Assembly (NCBI GenBank): GCA_037305845.1
Contig: CP147778.1
Coordinates: forward strand, 576,001-640,000
Length of the DNA: 64,000 nucleotides
Reading direction: 5' to 3'
Source of the DNA: Candidatus Freyarchaeum deiterrae
GTDB lineage: Archaea > Asgardarchaeota > Jordiarchaeia > Jordiarchaeales > Jordiarchaeaceae
Positions 1-9,696 of this stretch are shown here, piece after piece. The notes beneath the pieces are model-generated. The model searched no databases. It saw only the letters and a program-made list of their open reading frames with translations, and was not told where the DNA came from. Both the position numbers and the translations under genes were made by a program. Numbering within the stretch: the first letter of the stretch is position 1; every line of letters starts with the position of its first letter.

Positions 1-48
1 AGAATACTGCGGGGTATAGCTGAGCGCGAACTCACTAAGGGGGGGTAG
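1..48 (+). CDS. 3' end of an upstream gene, possibly the antitoxin partner of the PIN toxin (partial)
   Basis: Open frame RILRGIAERELTKGG* ends 8 nt before the PIN gene, the usual vapBC layout. Only 15 codons are visible. Confidence 0.3.
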   Translation, partial: RILRGIAERELTKGG

Positions 49-56
49 CTAATACT

Positions 57-473
57 GTGCCGTTTCTCATTGAAACCGATGTCCTACTCGCCCTAATATC
101 ACCAGAAGATAAATACCATGTTGATGTAATTAAGTTGCTTGATAGTTTTGTTGGAGAAATTCGGCTCTCCCCTTATGCAGTAGTAGAATTAGACCTACTT
201 TTAAAATCGGGAGGAATTGTTATCACCGAAATCAAAACTTTCTATTCACTTTTAAGTAAGGTCTTGCAATATCGAAAGGTAGACTCACTTTTGATTAAGC
301 CAACTTATCACGGCGAAGCGGGAGAGCTTAGAGAGAAATATAAAGGGCTAACTTACTTCGATAGCCTTCACGCAGCGATTGGAATAACCGAAAACTTGGA
401 ACTACTAAGTTATGATAAGGAATATCTCAAGATAAAGGAGTTAACATGCACAAGCCCAAAAAAATACGTTTAA
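57..473 (+). CDS. vapC: PIN-domain (VapC-like) ribonuclease toxin
   Basis: 138 aa with N-terminal LIETDVL, central E, and TYFDSLHAA...LLSYD acidic PIN motifs. Confidence 0.85.
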   Translation: MPFLIETDVLLALISPEDKYHVDVIKLLDSFVGEIRLSPYAVVELDLLLKSGGIVITEIKTFYSLLSKVLQYRKVDSLLIKPTYHGEAGELREKYKGLTYFDSLHAAIGITENLELLSYDKEYLKIKELTCTSPKKYV

Positions 474-577
474 AGTTATTCTAGTTTCATTGCTTATTTA
501 TACACTTCAATTGAGGTTCGAAAATTATTTTCAACCAATTCATCTATCGATTTAAGGACTTTTCACTAGGGGTAATC

Positions 578-2452
578 CTAGATTTTGTTTAGGAATTTTT
601 CTATTTCTTCTTCCGCGTTGTCTGCTCTGATGTATATGGGTACGTTTGCCAGTCCTGTGGCGATGTAGCTTGAGAGCAGCCAGTCGCCGGGTGTGAATTC
701 TAGGGTTTTTTCGAGTATGTTTTTGTCCATCATGAATGTGTTGCTGATTAGCCCCCGGTCGTAGGGTCGGGGTAGGGTGCTTACGAAGTATGTGTGTAAT
801 TGCTGTAGGGCGCTGGTGTTGAGGTGGGCTATTCTCTGGGTGGCTATGCATCCGCCTAGACCGTATTTCCTTCCCTGTCGGAGCAGTCTTTCGACTTCGA
901 TGGAGCACTGTTTATCTATTCCGGATACGTTTCCGGGATTCGCTACAAATTCCTGCGCTTCGTCCCAGACGAAGAGGATGTAGGGTCTTACTTTGAACTC
1001 TCTTTTTCTCTGGGCGAGGACGTTTTGGGTTAGGTCTATGACTAGCTGTTTTATTATTTGGGGGTCGCTGATTGAGACGCTGATGAGTCGGGTGTCTCCT
1101 TCTATTAGTCCTTGTATGGCTTCTGTGGTTAAACCCTCGCTGGAGTCGGTTTCTTCTCTTCCATGGAAGTAGCGGGCCATGTGTTCTCTCGTTTCAAACC
1201 AGCCGTAGAGGGTACTTTTTTCGTGTATTTTGTAGGCTTCGGCTATCTGTGGGGCGGCTATTGCTATTTTGTCTACGAACTCTCGGTCTATTTCGTCGGA
1301 TTCTATGCAGCCCTTCTCTTTCATGTGGTTTGCGGTTAGTATCTCGATTTCGTTTAGCGCTTCTACGTAGTTCGGTTTGCCTTGGTTGTCTGCCTTTAGC
1401 GCGACTACATCGTCCAGAAATTCTTGGAAGGTGGGAGTTCTCTGCACTTGCCGCACAAAGTGGGTAACCCTGTCCTGTGCATAAATTTTTTCCATTCCTT
1501 TAACCACTCTTGGATCATCCTCGAAGAGCTTTGGTTTAACGATTGAGTTGTAGAGTTTTTCTGCGGTCTCCGCTTTGTGCTCTAGAATAATTTTTGAGGG
1601 TATTCTCGGGTCTGCGAACAAATTCATTAGAAGGAAGGGGTATTCACAGGATATATCGAAAATTACCACCTTTGTGTCCGCGGTGTGTATCAGTAGCCTT
1701 CTCAGAACGTTCGAAAGCATATTACTCTTACCACCGCCAGTAAATGCGAAGATGCCGAAGTGGTATCTCACCAGTGAATCGTAGTCAATGTAGATGGGAA
1801 TGTTCTCAGCTGAAGCCTCAAACATCTTAATAGTTCCCAGCCTGGGATCTTTCCAGGGATCACTACTCGTCCCCTTAGAACTGAAGCCTATTTTCTCTAA
1901 CACTTTGCGGTTATACATGTCCTTAATCATTTCCTTGTTGAGAATGTAGACCTTTTCTCCAACGACCGGATAGGAGAATCCCCGCTTATAATCAAATTCG
2001 TGGTTCTCGCCGGTTACGAGGTCGTAGTTTATGGGGATTGCCGATATCTGTATAATCATGGTGGACTTGTCGCTGGTTTCCCAGTCGTTGACCGATTGTT
2101 CGATGACTTCAAACTGGAGAGGGTAGTACTGGTAGTCTTTCAAGCCTCTCAGACCGAAATGCTCCGGCCAGAAACGCAGAATCTCCATGAGAGTGTATCT
2201 GGTTCCACCCGTCTCCTTGGTTCTAAAGTTTCTCACCGCCAGAAGCATTCCTGAGTCGATTAGCCTCAGGAGGTCTCTATCGTACTCTGCTAGAACCCGG
2301 CAGGTGTATGGTGAGGATGAGCCGAATTCTTCACTGGAGGTCTCCTGGCTTGGAACCACTCTTCCAAGTCTCGCCTTGAATTTTCCATCGAAATCCGTAA
2401 AGTACAGTTTAAGCTCCTCTTCTAAGCTGCTCAATCTCACCCCTCCTTTCAC
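578..2452 (-). CDS. herA: HerA/FtsK-family ATPase (HerA-like DNA translocase); real start may be TTG at 2434
   Basis: HFGIFAFTGGGKS Walker A, FVWDEAQEF Walker B, RQGRKYG arginine finger, ATQR motif. Overlaps the NurA-like gene; GGAGGGGTG precedes TTG 2434. Confidence 0.85.
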   Translation of the reverse strand: MKGGVRLSSLEEELKLYFTDFDGKFKARLGRVVPSQETSSEEFGSSSPYTCRVLAEYDRDLLRLIDSGMLLAVRNFRTKETGGTRYTLMEILRFWPEHFGLRGLKDYQYYPLQFEVIEQSVNDWETSDKSTMIIQISAIPINYDLVTGENHEFDYKRGFSYPVVGEKVYILNKEMIKDMYNRKVLEKIGFSSKGTSSDPWKDPRLGTIKMFEASAENIPIYIDYDSLVRYHFGIFAFTGGGKSNMLSNVLRRLLIHTADTKVVIFDISCEYPFLLMNLFADPRIPSKIILEHKAETAEKLYNSIVKPKLFEDDPRVVKGMEKIYAQDRVTHFVRQVQRTPTFQEFLDDVVALKADNQGKPNYVEALNEIEILTANHMKEKGCIESDEIDREFVDKIAIAAPQIAEAYKIHEKSTLYGWFETREHMARYFHGREETDSSEGLTTEAIQGLIEGDTRLISVSISDPQIIKQLVIDLTQNVLAQRKREFKVRPYILFVWDEAQEFVANPGNVSGIDKQCSIEVERLLRQGRKYGLGGCIATQRIAHLNTSALQQLHTYFVSTLPRPYDRGLISNTFMMDKNILEKTLEFTPGDWLLSSYIATGLANVPIYIRADNAEEEIEKFLNKI

Positions 2453-4334
2453 GGAAGCTGGTCATGTAGTAAACAAATTTCTTCAAATCTTTATTCGTCA
2501 TAATCCACTCCTTAGCGGTATCAATCAGGTTCCTAAACAGGGAGTAATTCCACTTCGCCACATTATCCGCAATGAACAGTGGCTTATTATGCCCGAACAC
2601 CTCGGGAATAGTTGAAGACGTTGTAGCCGTAAGAGTAACCAGAGTAAGGTTCTGAAGCTCGTTTCCATTTCCCTCATTCTTCATTATAAAGATATTCACA
2701 GGCTCTTCTCCAACATAAATCTGGCGGAAACTCTCAATATTTTCCTTTCTCATATCGTATTCTGGGTAGGCCAACCGGTCTATGAGTAGAACGTTGCTCC
2801 TCAGTTTTGGATCGTGCACAGCCTCTTGCAGTTGTATGTAGCTTTTGAGAAACAATCTTTCCATGGTTATCTTGTTTTTCCTCGCTCCCATAACATATCT
2901 CGGTCCTCTTTGGTGATCCGGTACAATTGTGGTAAAAGCGGAATCGTACTCTATTAGGCTCCAGGGGGGATGGAGAGTGTCGTAACTGTTGAAGGAGAAG
3001 GACTGTAAAAGCATCCGGTCGGTGTTGGGAAGAGTCGAGAAGCATTCTGGCGAAAGGGTGCAGCTGAATAGGTTGCAGTTAGAGCAGACGGGAATGAAGT
3101 GGTTCTTAAAATCACTCGCCGCGGTGTCCTTAGTTATTCCCAAAAGTAGAACTTTTCTTTTCCAGCACTCCTCGATGAGCATGTAGAAGCAGAAAAGGGT
3201 AAGAAAGGCAATGTCCAGCGTGGACATATATTGAGAAGTACCATCCGCTCTCTCTATAATCATCTTATTACCCGCCGCGGATTCCTCTATGTCTTCTTGG
3301 AATATTCCCCGTCCCAAACTTCTAACCATTTTAGAAAGTCTCTCCCAAGAATTCCTATACCGAGGGTTGATACTGTATTCAGGATGGCTGTGAAGAATTA
3401 TACCCTCTCTCACAAGACTGCTAATATACCTACCCACCTTTTCTTCTCGCGCGGAATCATTTATTCCCAATTCTTCACAAATCTGCTTCAACGTGATAGG
3501 GGATTCCTTCTTTTCCAAAAGGAGAATTATGCTGTGGCGCAAATAGTCGCCTCTAGCAGGAGGAAGGCTAAGTTCGGGATTCAAGACCCGGTACCGGCCG
3601 ATGAAGAGATCGTTTTTATCAATGGGTTCACCATCCACCATGTATCCCATTATGGCGCACTTCTTGTCCCAGTAGGTTTTCTTTGAGGTTTCCTTGGCGA
3701 TGGCGCGTTGAGTGCCTGAGAGAGACCTATCTAGGAAAAGAATCTTCACAGGGTCTTTTGGATTAGTCACCAGAAGATATGCCAGATAGTATTCTGCGAA
3801 GGTCATAATCCAGTTCGCGATCGCCGAGTTGTCCGCTATCTCCTGTTCAGATAGTGGCTGAGAAAGTAGACCCTCTGGATCGTCGCCTTCACGGAAAAAT
3901 GTCTGGTCAATCTCCGGAACCTCATTAATATAAACTGGAACACAGCTAGAGATGCCCCTTCCCTCTTCTAAAAGTCGAGTGTAGTATTCAACCGTGGGTT
4001 TGGAATCTTTATTGAATTGGATTTGACCGTCTGCAGCGTAGGCACCTCCGAAGAAGAGGATAAAGTCGAAAAGTCTTTTTGAGTACTCTGTCCCATCCAC
4101 CGCTGCGAATCTAACCGTGTCGGAACCGAAAAAGTCCACAGCGGTGCTATAAGCCTTTTCAAGGTTTAAATCTTTGACCAAGAGTTTGGATATGAAATTG
4201 TTTATATCATCTATTGAAGAGAACCTGTTTTTGTAGTCGGTGAGTTGTCGCTCTACGCCTTTTAACAGAATGCTGCTGATCCTACTTATCTGAGAACTCA
4301 GGAAAGATTTTCCCATAACAATTACTCCTAACAA
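2409..4334 (-). CDS. nurA: Long NurA-like nuclease with an inserted winged-HTH segment
   Basis: FAAVDGT, LFLDRSL, GITKD and C-terminal GHNKPLFIADNVAK NurA-type motifs; internal ITLKQICEELGI...YISSLVREGII wHTH-like segment; coupled to herA. Confidence 0.75.
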   Translation of the reverse strand: MLGVIVMGKSFLSSQISRISSILLKGVERQLTDYKNRFSSIDDINNFISKLLVKDLNLEKAYSTAVDFFGSDTVRFAAVDGTEYSKRLFDFILFFGGAYAADGQIQFNKDSKPTVEYYTRLLEEGRGISSCVPVYINEVPEIDQTFFREGDDPEGLLSQPLSEQEIADNSAIANWIMTFAEYYLAYLLVTNPKDPVKILFLDRSLSGTQRAIAKETSKKTYWDKKCAIMGYMVDGEPIDKNDLFIGRYRVLNPELSLPPARGDYLRHSIILLLEKKESPITLKQICEELGINDSAREEKVGRYISSLVREGIILHSHPEYSINPRYRNSWERLSKMVRSLGRGIFQEDIEESAAGNKMIIERADGTSQYMSTLDIAFLTLFCFYMLIEECWKRKVLLLGITKDTAASDFKNHFIPVCSNCNLFSCTLSPECFSTLPNTDRMLLQSFSFNSYDTLHPPWSLIEYDSAFTTIVPDHQRGPRYVMGARKNKITMERLFLKSYIQLQEAVHDPKLRSNVLLIDRLAYPEYDMRKENIESFRQIYVGEEPVNIFIMKNEGNGNELQNLTLVTLTATTSSTIPEVFGHNKPLFIADNVAKWNYSLFRNLIDTAKEWIMTNKDLKKFVYYMTSFRERRGEIEQLRRGA

Positions 4335-4652
4335 ACCATGGAATATATCTTTTTAGAATACTTTGTCTTGAAGAACACCTGACCCCCGAGTTCAAGAACC
4401 ATAATATTAATATCAAGTTTACACGATTTAAAGATATCATATTATTGAAAAAGTCAAAGAAACAATTTTAAGCATTTTACCATAGTAAACTTTCAGAGCT
4501 TCCTTAATGATATTATTAACATTTTTATCTTCAAATGTTATTTGTATTTTTAAGCAGTCATTAAGCTCATTATGAACATTGATTAATTAAGCAAGATTTT
4601 TCCAACAATTACATTTTTCCAATTCTCGTGAAGCGATTACAGTTGGGGTGAA

Positions 4653-6374
4653 ATGATGAAGTTTTCTACTCTAGCGAAGTGTTTTGAGAATTTAGAAAAC
4701 ACTTCAAGCCGGCTTGGGATGACCGACATCCTGGCGAGTCTCTTCAAAGAGTGTACGGTTGAGGATATAGACAAGGTTATTTACATGCTTCAGGGTGTTG
4801 TGGCTCCTCCCTTTAAGGGTATAGAGATGGGTATGGGGGAGAAGTTTGTTCAAAAAGCGGTGTCTAATGCGTCGGGTGTTTCGAAGGAGGAGGTGGTTAA
4901 GGAGTATAAGTCATCTGGTGACTTGGGAATAGTGGTTTCAGGTCTTCTTCCTAAAAAAGAAGGAAATCTTACGGTCTCCCAGGTTTGTGATGCTTTCATG
5001 AAGATTGCGACGGCTTCGGGTAAAGGTACACAGGAAGTGCGAATTAAAGCCTTAACGGAACTCTTAAAGAACTCTTCCCCACTGGAAGCGAGGTACTTGG
5101 TTAGGATACCTTTGGGTAAGCTTAGGCTGGGTGCAGGTGATGCCACGATAATAGATGCGCTATCTGTGAGAATTGTTGGCGATAAGTCTATGAAGGGAGA
5201 GATTGAGAGGGCTTACAATCTCTGCTGCGACATGGGCTTGGTCGCCAAAACGCTGTATACGGATAGGATAGCAATCTCAAATTTTGAGATTAAGGTGGGT
5301 AACCCTATTAAGCCGGCTTTGGCTGAGAGGCTCCCCAGTGTGGAGGAGATAATTGATAAGATTGGTGAGTGCTACGCAGAAGCCAAATATGATGGGTTCA
5401 GAATCCAGCTCCACAAAGAGGGGGACAAGGTCGAACTCTTCTCGAGAAGAATTGAGAGAATGACCCACATGTTTCCTGAATTAGTCCAGGCAGCCAGAGA
5501 ACAAATTAAAGGGGATGCCATCATTGAGGGAGAAACTATAAGTTATAATGAATCCACAGGAGAATTTTTACCATTTCAGTTCACTATTAGAAGAAAGAGA
5601 AAACACGGAGTAGAGGAAATGGCGGAGCAGTATCCTGTGGTGTACTTCGCCTTCGACATTCTTTACAACGGCCAAGACCTTACAAAGAAGTCCTACATCG
5701 AAAGGAGAAGTGTTCTGGAAAGTAGCATTAGTGAAGGTGAAAGAATTAGAGTTTCCGAGAAGATAAGAACTAAAGACGCCGAGGAGATGAAACGTTTCTT
5801 CAATGAGAGCATTGAGAGGGGACTGGAGGGAATCGTGGCAAAAGATTTGAACGCTCCATACACAGCTGGAGCCAGAAAGTTTGCGTGGATAAAATTGAAG
5901 AGGTCATACAAGGGTGAATTAGCGGATACAATTGATGTCACAATTGTAGGGTATCTCGCCGGAAGAGGATCCAGAGCAAAAATGGTGGGAGCCCTGCTAG
6001 GAGCGGTCTACGACGAGGAGACTGAAACTTTCAAGACCGTAGCCAAAGTGGGCTCCGGAATGACGGAAGACCAAATGAAAACGCTGAAGAAAATGTTAGA
6101 CGAGATTAGGGTTGAAAACAAACCGAAAAACGTGGATGCAATCATAGTTCCCGATGTCTGGACTTATCCTCAGTACGTGGTTACGGTGTCCGCTGATGAG
6201 ATAACATTATCGCCTTCACACACCTGCGGCAGAGTCCAAGATTTGGGATACGCTCTCAGATTTCCCAGAATGGTGAGCTGGATAAGGGAAGATAAAAAAC
6301 CCGAGGACTCCACTACGGTAAAAGAGATAATAGAAATGTATAATATGCAAAAACATGCAAAGACTGGTGAATGA
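4653..6374 (+). CDS. lig: ATP-dependent DNA ligase (archaeal/eukaryotic type)
   Basis: KYDGFR adenylation motif, EGE, FDIL, EGIVAK, WIKLK and LRFPR motifs; N-terminal DNA-binding domain. Confidence 0.97.
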   Translation: MMKFSTLAKCFENLENTSSRLGMTDILASLFKECTVEDIDKVIYMLQGVVAPPFKGIEMGMGEKFVQKAVSNASGVSKEEVVKEYKSSGDLGIVVSGLLPKKEGNLTVSQVCDAFMKIATASGKGTQEVRIKALTELLKNSSPLEARYLVRIPLGKLRLGAGDATIIDALSVRIVGDKSMKGEIERAYNLCCDMGLVAKTLYTDRIAISNFEIKVGNPIKPALAERLPSVEEIIDKIGECYAEAKYDGFRIQLHKEGDKVELFSRRIERMTHMFPELVQAAREQIKGDAIIEGETISYNESTGEFLPFQFTIRRKRKHGVEEMAEQYPVVYFAFDILYNGQDLTKKSYIERRSVLESSISEGERIRVSEKIRTKDAEEMKRFFNESIERGLEGIVAKDLNAPYTAGARKFAWIKLKRSYKGELADTIDVTIVGYLAGRGSRAKMVGALLGAVYDEETETFKTVAKVGSGMTEDQMKTLKKMLDEIRVENKPKNVDAIIVPDVWTYPQYVVTVSADEITLSPSHTCGRVQDLGYALRFPRMVSWIREDKKPEDSTTVKEIIEMYNMQKHAKTGE

Positions 6375-6411
6375 GATCTGCCTTTTTTTAAAAAAAAAAG
6401 AAATAAGTGGA

Positions 6412-6759
6412 TTAAAGGCCCACAAGAGCCGATAGGATATAGCCTATCATGTAAGAGCGTAGTATGTAATCGTAGTACCAGCCGCTTCCGAAGAAAACAC
6501 CGTTCAAAACCACTCCCAGTTCTACCAGAAGATTTGTCCCTGCAAATACTTGAACACCCAAAGAGACTCCGAGTATTGTTCCCAAGGGCGACAGACCCAA
6601 CCCTTGAGCATCAGTAATTATGCTACTCACAATGTTCAGTATCTGCGTTTGTGTAATCATTAGGAAAGTTATTAGTCCGAACCATATGCCTATTATAACC
6701 AGAATTGCGAGAGCTAACCTTGCTACTGCTTCTTCTTTCAAGTTTTTCATCTCCTCCAA
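6412..6759 (-). CDS. Small hydrophobic membrane protein, function unknown
   Basis: 115 aa with several hydrophobic stretches. Confidence 0.55.
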   Translation of the reverse strand: MEEMKNLKEEAVARLALAILVIIGIWFGLITFLMITQTQILNIVSSIITDAQGLGLSPLGTILGVSLGVQVFAGTNLLVELGVVLNGVFFGSGWYYDYILRSYMIGYILSALVGL

Positions 6760-7043
6760 AACGTTACTCTACTAATGATTGGAGGATATTTATAAATTAT
6801 TTGCTTATGGCACAGTTTTAAAAACTAGTTAATTATCCTTTAAAAGTATCAAAATAAATAGAGAAAAGTAATGTCTTTTTCGTCAATATTAGAATTTTTC
6901 TACCTATCTTGCGAACCGGTAGGGGAGATACTAGACCGACTTTGGCTTTCGCTGAATTCATATTGGCTTCATTTTCGCTTAGGGCAATGCTGTATGTTAC
7001 TGCTCTAAAAAAAATTATCACTAGTTAAAAAATGGAAAGATGG

Positions 7044-7118
7044 GAGATTTGGTCGCTTTGGCTAAGTTTCGGGAACAAAATTTCATTTATCTTTTCGATT
7101 TTATTCCCACCAAATCTC
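7044..7118 (-). promoter_or_regulatory. Structured 3' UTR of the Sec-candidate gene (candidate SECIS-like element or terminator)
   Basis: Perfect 10-bp inverted repeat 7044-7053/7109-7118 enclosing an 11-bp stem 7071-7081/7098-7108. The one non-WC pair in that stem is U-G only in the minus-strand RNA. Confidence 0.45.
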
Positions 7119-7576
7119 TAACTTTTTAATTTTTTAAGGACTTCGAATATTTCCTCGTTTTTGGGGATGTCCTGCATTGAATCGCCGTAGTGCGCATACT
7201 GTATGATTCCTTCTTTGTCTACTACTAGTAAAGCGGGCATTCTTCCCAATTTGAGTGGGTTAACCTCTTGTTTCAACAAGTTGGGAACCTTTTTGGTTTG
7301 GTCGTAGTATACTGGGTATTTTCCTTTTGCGTATTTTGTTTCCATTTTTTGGGAGTTTGCCAGTGTGTCTGCGGTAATGGGGTATAATGCGGCATTTAGC
7401 TGATCGAATTCGTTGAGGTGGTTTGCTAGTCTGGCGATGTGTGCTCTGCAGTATGGTCAGTTGATACCTCTGAGAAGGACTACTACCACGTTTTTCTTAC
7501 CTTCAAAGTCCTTTATGTTGACATTTTCTCCTCTTGAGTTCGGCAGGCTGAATTCTGGAATTTTTGTGCCTACCAT
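7118..7576 (-). CDS. AhpC/TSA peroxiredoxin-like protein with in-frame TGA at codon 40 (UxxC); probable selenoprotein, 152 aa
   Basis: Read by hand: MVGTKIPEFSLPNSRGENVNIKDFEGKKNVVVVLLRGIN(TGA 7459-7457)PYCRAHIARL... continues in frame into the 75-aa track ORF (PALLVVDKEGIIQYAHYG). The TGA replaces the first Cys of the RGxxCPYC motif. Confidence 0.85.
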
Positions 7577-7715
7577 TTTGAACTTGTCATTCGTCTTGTA
7601 GGCACCTCCTCCATTCGCTAAAAGATAGAATAGTATATTTTTATTTATAGTTTTTGCGGTTAATATAGGGTTGTGGATATTAATGAAGCTAAGGAAATGG
7701 CAACACTATTGTTTT

Positions 7716-8522
7716 CTATTTTTTACTTTTTGGGCACGGCTCATCTAGTAATGCTATTACTTCCTTGTATTGTTTCAAATCCGCTGGTACGGTTAGTTGC
7801 ATCTCTTCCAAGAAGTCTGAGTACATTTTCTGGTCTAGGACCTCGCATAGGAAGTCTTTAATTTTGTGAGCGACTCTTAATCCCTCTGAACCACATTGAT
7901 CAACTAGATTTAGGAAAATACTCGCCATTGATTCTCGGAGGGAGCTTTGGAGTTCTTTGCCTTTATCAGGTATTTTTTTCCGCATCTTCCAGACAGTATT
8001 AAAAATCTTCAGTGCTTCCTCTGCTTTTTTAACCCTCTTGTCACAACTAAGTGTAGAAGCCAAGTTTAGGAGAGTTTGTCCTTTGCTGTAGACAGCTATC
8101 GCGTAGTCCGGCACTATTTTTAAAGCCGCATCGTAACTCTTTATAGCCTCTTCGTACCTGCCTAGTTTTCCAAGAGCGATTCCCTTATTGTAGTAGGTTA
8201 CAAAGTTATGATGGTTTATTTTTAACGCGTCATCCAGACTTTCTATGGCTTCTTCATACTTATTCAGCTTTATGAGAGAGCCGCCCTTATTGTTTAAAGC
8301 TTCTACGTCTTTTGGGTTTATTTTTAGAACCCTGTCGAAACACTCTACAGCCTCATCGTGTCTTCCTAGCTGGTCCAGCGCGGTGCCCTTGTTAGTCAGA
8401 GCTACTTCGTCTTGAGAATTGATATTCAGAGCCTTGTTATAAAATTGTATAGCCTCTTCATATTTTCCCTCATCAACCAGAGAGTTCCCTTGGTTAACGA
8501 GGTCTTCTTCAGACTCATCCAT
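7716..8522 (-). CDS. Tetratricopeptide-repeat protein
   Basis: Four 34-aa repeats (NKGxAL...YEEAI..YDxALKINP) plus a helical C-terminal region. Confidence 0.9.
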   Translation of the reverse strand: MDESEEDLVNQGNSLVDEGKYEEAIQFYNKALNINSQDEVALTNKGTALDQLGRHDEAVECFDRVLKINPKDVEALNNKGGSLIKLNKYEEAIESLDDALKINHHNFVTYYNKGIALGKLGRYEEAIKSYDAALKIVPDYAIAVYSKGQTLLNLASTLSCDKRVKKAEEALKIFNTVWKMRKKIPDKGKELQSSLRESMASIFLNLVDQCGSEGLRVAHKIKDFLCEVLDQKMYSDFLEEMQLTVPADLKQYKEVIALLDEPCPKSKK

Positions 8523-8674
8523 AAAATAACCCTCCTTTTAATCTGATTTTGCTAAATCATAAAATTTAGCAGTTCCATATCCGTAAATTCATCAGTTCTA
8601 ATTATATAAGGCGTCCTAGTTTTTATGTTTTATTTTAAAAAAATATTTATTCCACTTGTTGAATCTGGAATTTT

Positions 8675-9586
8675 CTATACCTTTTTCAGAATGTCTCTGT
8701 ACACTGAGGCTTCTGGGTGGATTTCTATATCTGTTTTTTTAATGAAGTTCTGGTATCCCCGTTCTCCCAAAATCTTAATCAAAAGTTTTTTTATGTTTAC
8801 AACGCTTGGTGAAGCCGCAGAGCCGCAGACTTCAGCCAGATTTTGTATAACCTGAATCATAATGCGAGGAACATCGACCTTGAATCTTTGCACAACCTCG
8901 GGAGACAGCTTTTCTACATCCCAAACCGATTCCAAACTTTCAAGGACCGCACTAACCCTGGAGATTGCATTCTCACAGCTCAATGTACCGGGGAAAACCA
9001 GCAGAGCTAGGGCCTTATTAAGAGAAGCTTCAGCCATTTGAGGGTTCAAAGCTAGTGCCTCGTCAAAAAGTTTAGCCGCTTCATCGAATCTTCCCAAACG
9101 CAGGAGAAGATTGCCCTTGTTGTAGATTGTTTCCGCATCCTTAGGATTTATCTCGAGAGCCTTATTGTAACACTCTAGAGACTCATTAAAGCAGCACAGG
9201 TTTAGCAATGCATTCCCCTTGTTATGCAAGGCTTCCCAGTCCTGGGAATTTATCTCCAAGACCTTGTCAAAAAAATTAATCGCTTCCCTAGATTTACCCA
9301 GCTCGCAGAGGGCGGTGCCCTTATTGAACAAGGCCTCTGAGTTTTCCGGTTTCAGAGCTAGAGCTTCATCATAGTAGTGAATAGCCTCCTCCAACTTACC
9401 TTGCTCAAAAAATTCGTTGCCCTTGTTAACCAGATCCTTAACCTTCTTTGAATCCAAGCCTATGCCTCTCCAACAAAAACCATCAAATGATAACCTTTTC
9501 TCTCTTTCCCTTCTTATATCTTGCAACCATTGAGGCTTTGACCGCATCCAAATAAATATTAGTGGTTGTGAAGCAACAATTATCAT
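8675..9586 (-). CDS. Tetratricopeptide-repeat protein, paralog of the neighbour; real start probably about 40 codons downstream of the track start
   Basis: TPR repeats and a C-terminal region (TLSC motif) similar to 7716..8522; GGAGAGG precedes the TTG of LDSKK. Confidence 0.85.
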   Translation of the reverse strand: MIIVASQPLIFIWMRSKPQWLQDIRREREKRLSFDGFCWRGIGLDSKKVKDLVNKGNEFFEQGKLEEAIHYYDEALALKPENSEALFNKGTALCELGKSREAINFFDKVLEINSQDWEALHNKGNALLNLCCFNESLECYNKALEINPKDAETIYNKGNLLLRLGRFDEAAKLFDEALALNPQMAEASLNKALALLVFPGTLSCENAISRVSAVLESLESVWDVEKLSPEVVQRFKVDVPRIMIQVIQNLAEVCGSAASPSVVNIKKLLIKILGERGYQNFIKKTDIEIHPEASVYRDILKKV

Positions 9587-9696
9587 TTCTGAGTAAAAAT
9601 TTAGTTAATTTTAAATAAAACAAGTATAAAATAATATTTAACCTGTTTAAAGTAGGAATCTTCTTTTAGAAAGAATAGAGGAGAGAGGTTTCTAAA

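Noticed and set aside
6833-7021. 62-aa ORF downstream of the peroxiredoxin-like gene
   Set aside because: No recognisable motif or ribosome-binding site; probably a chance frame.
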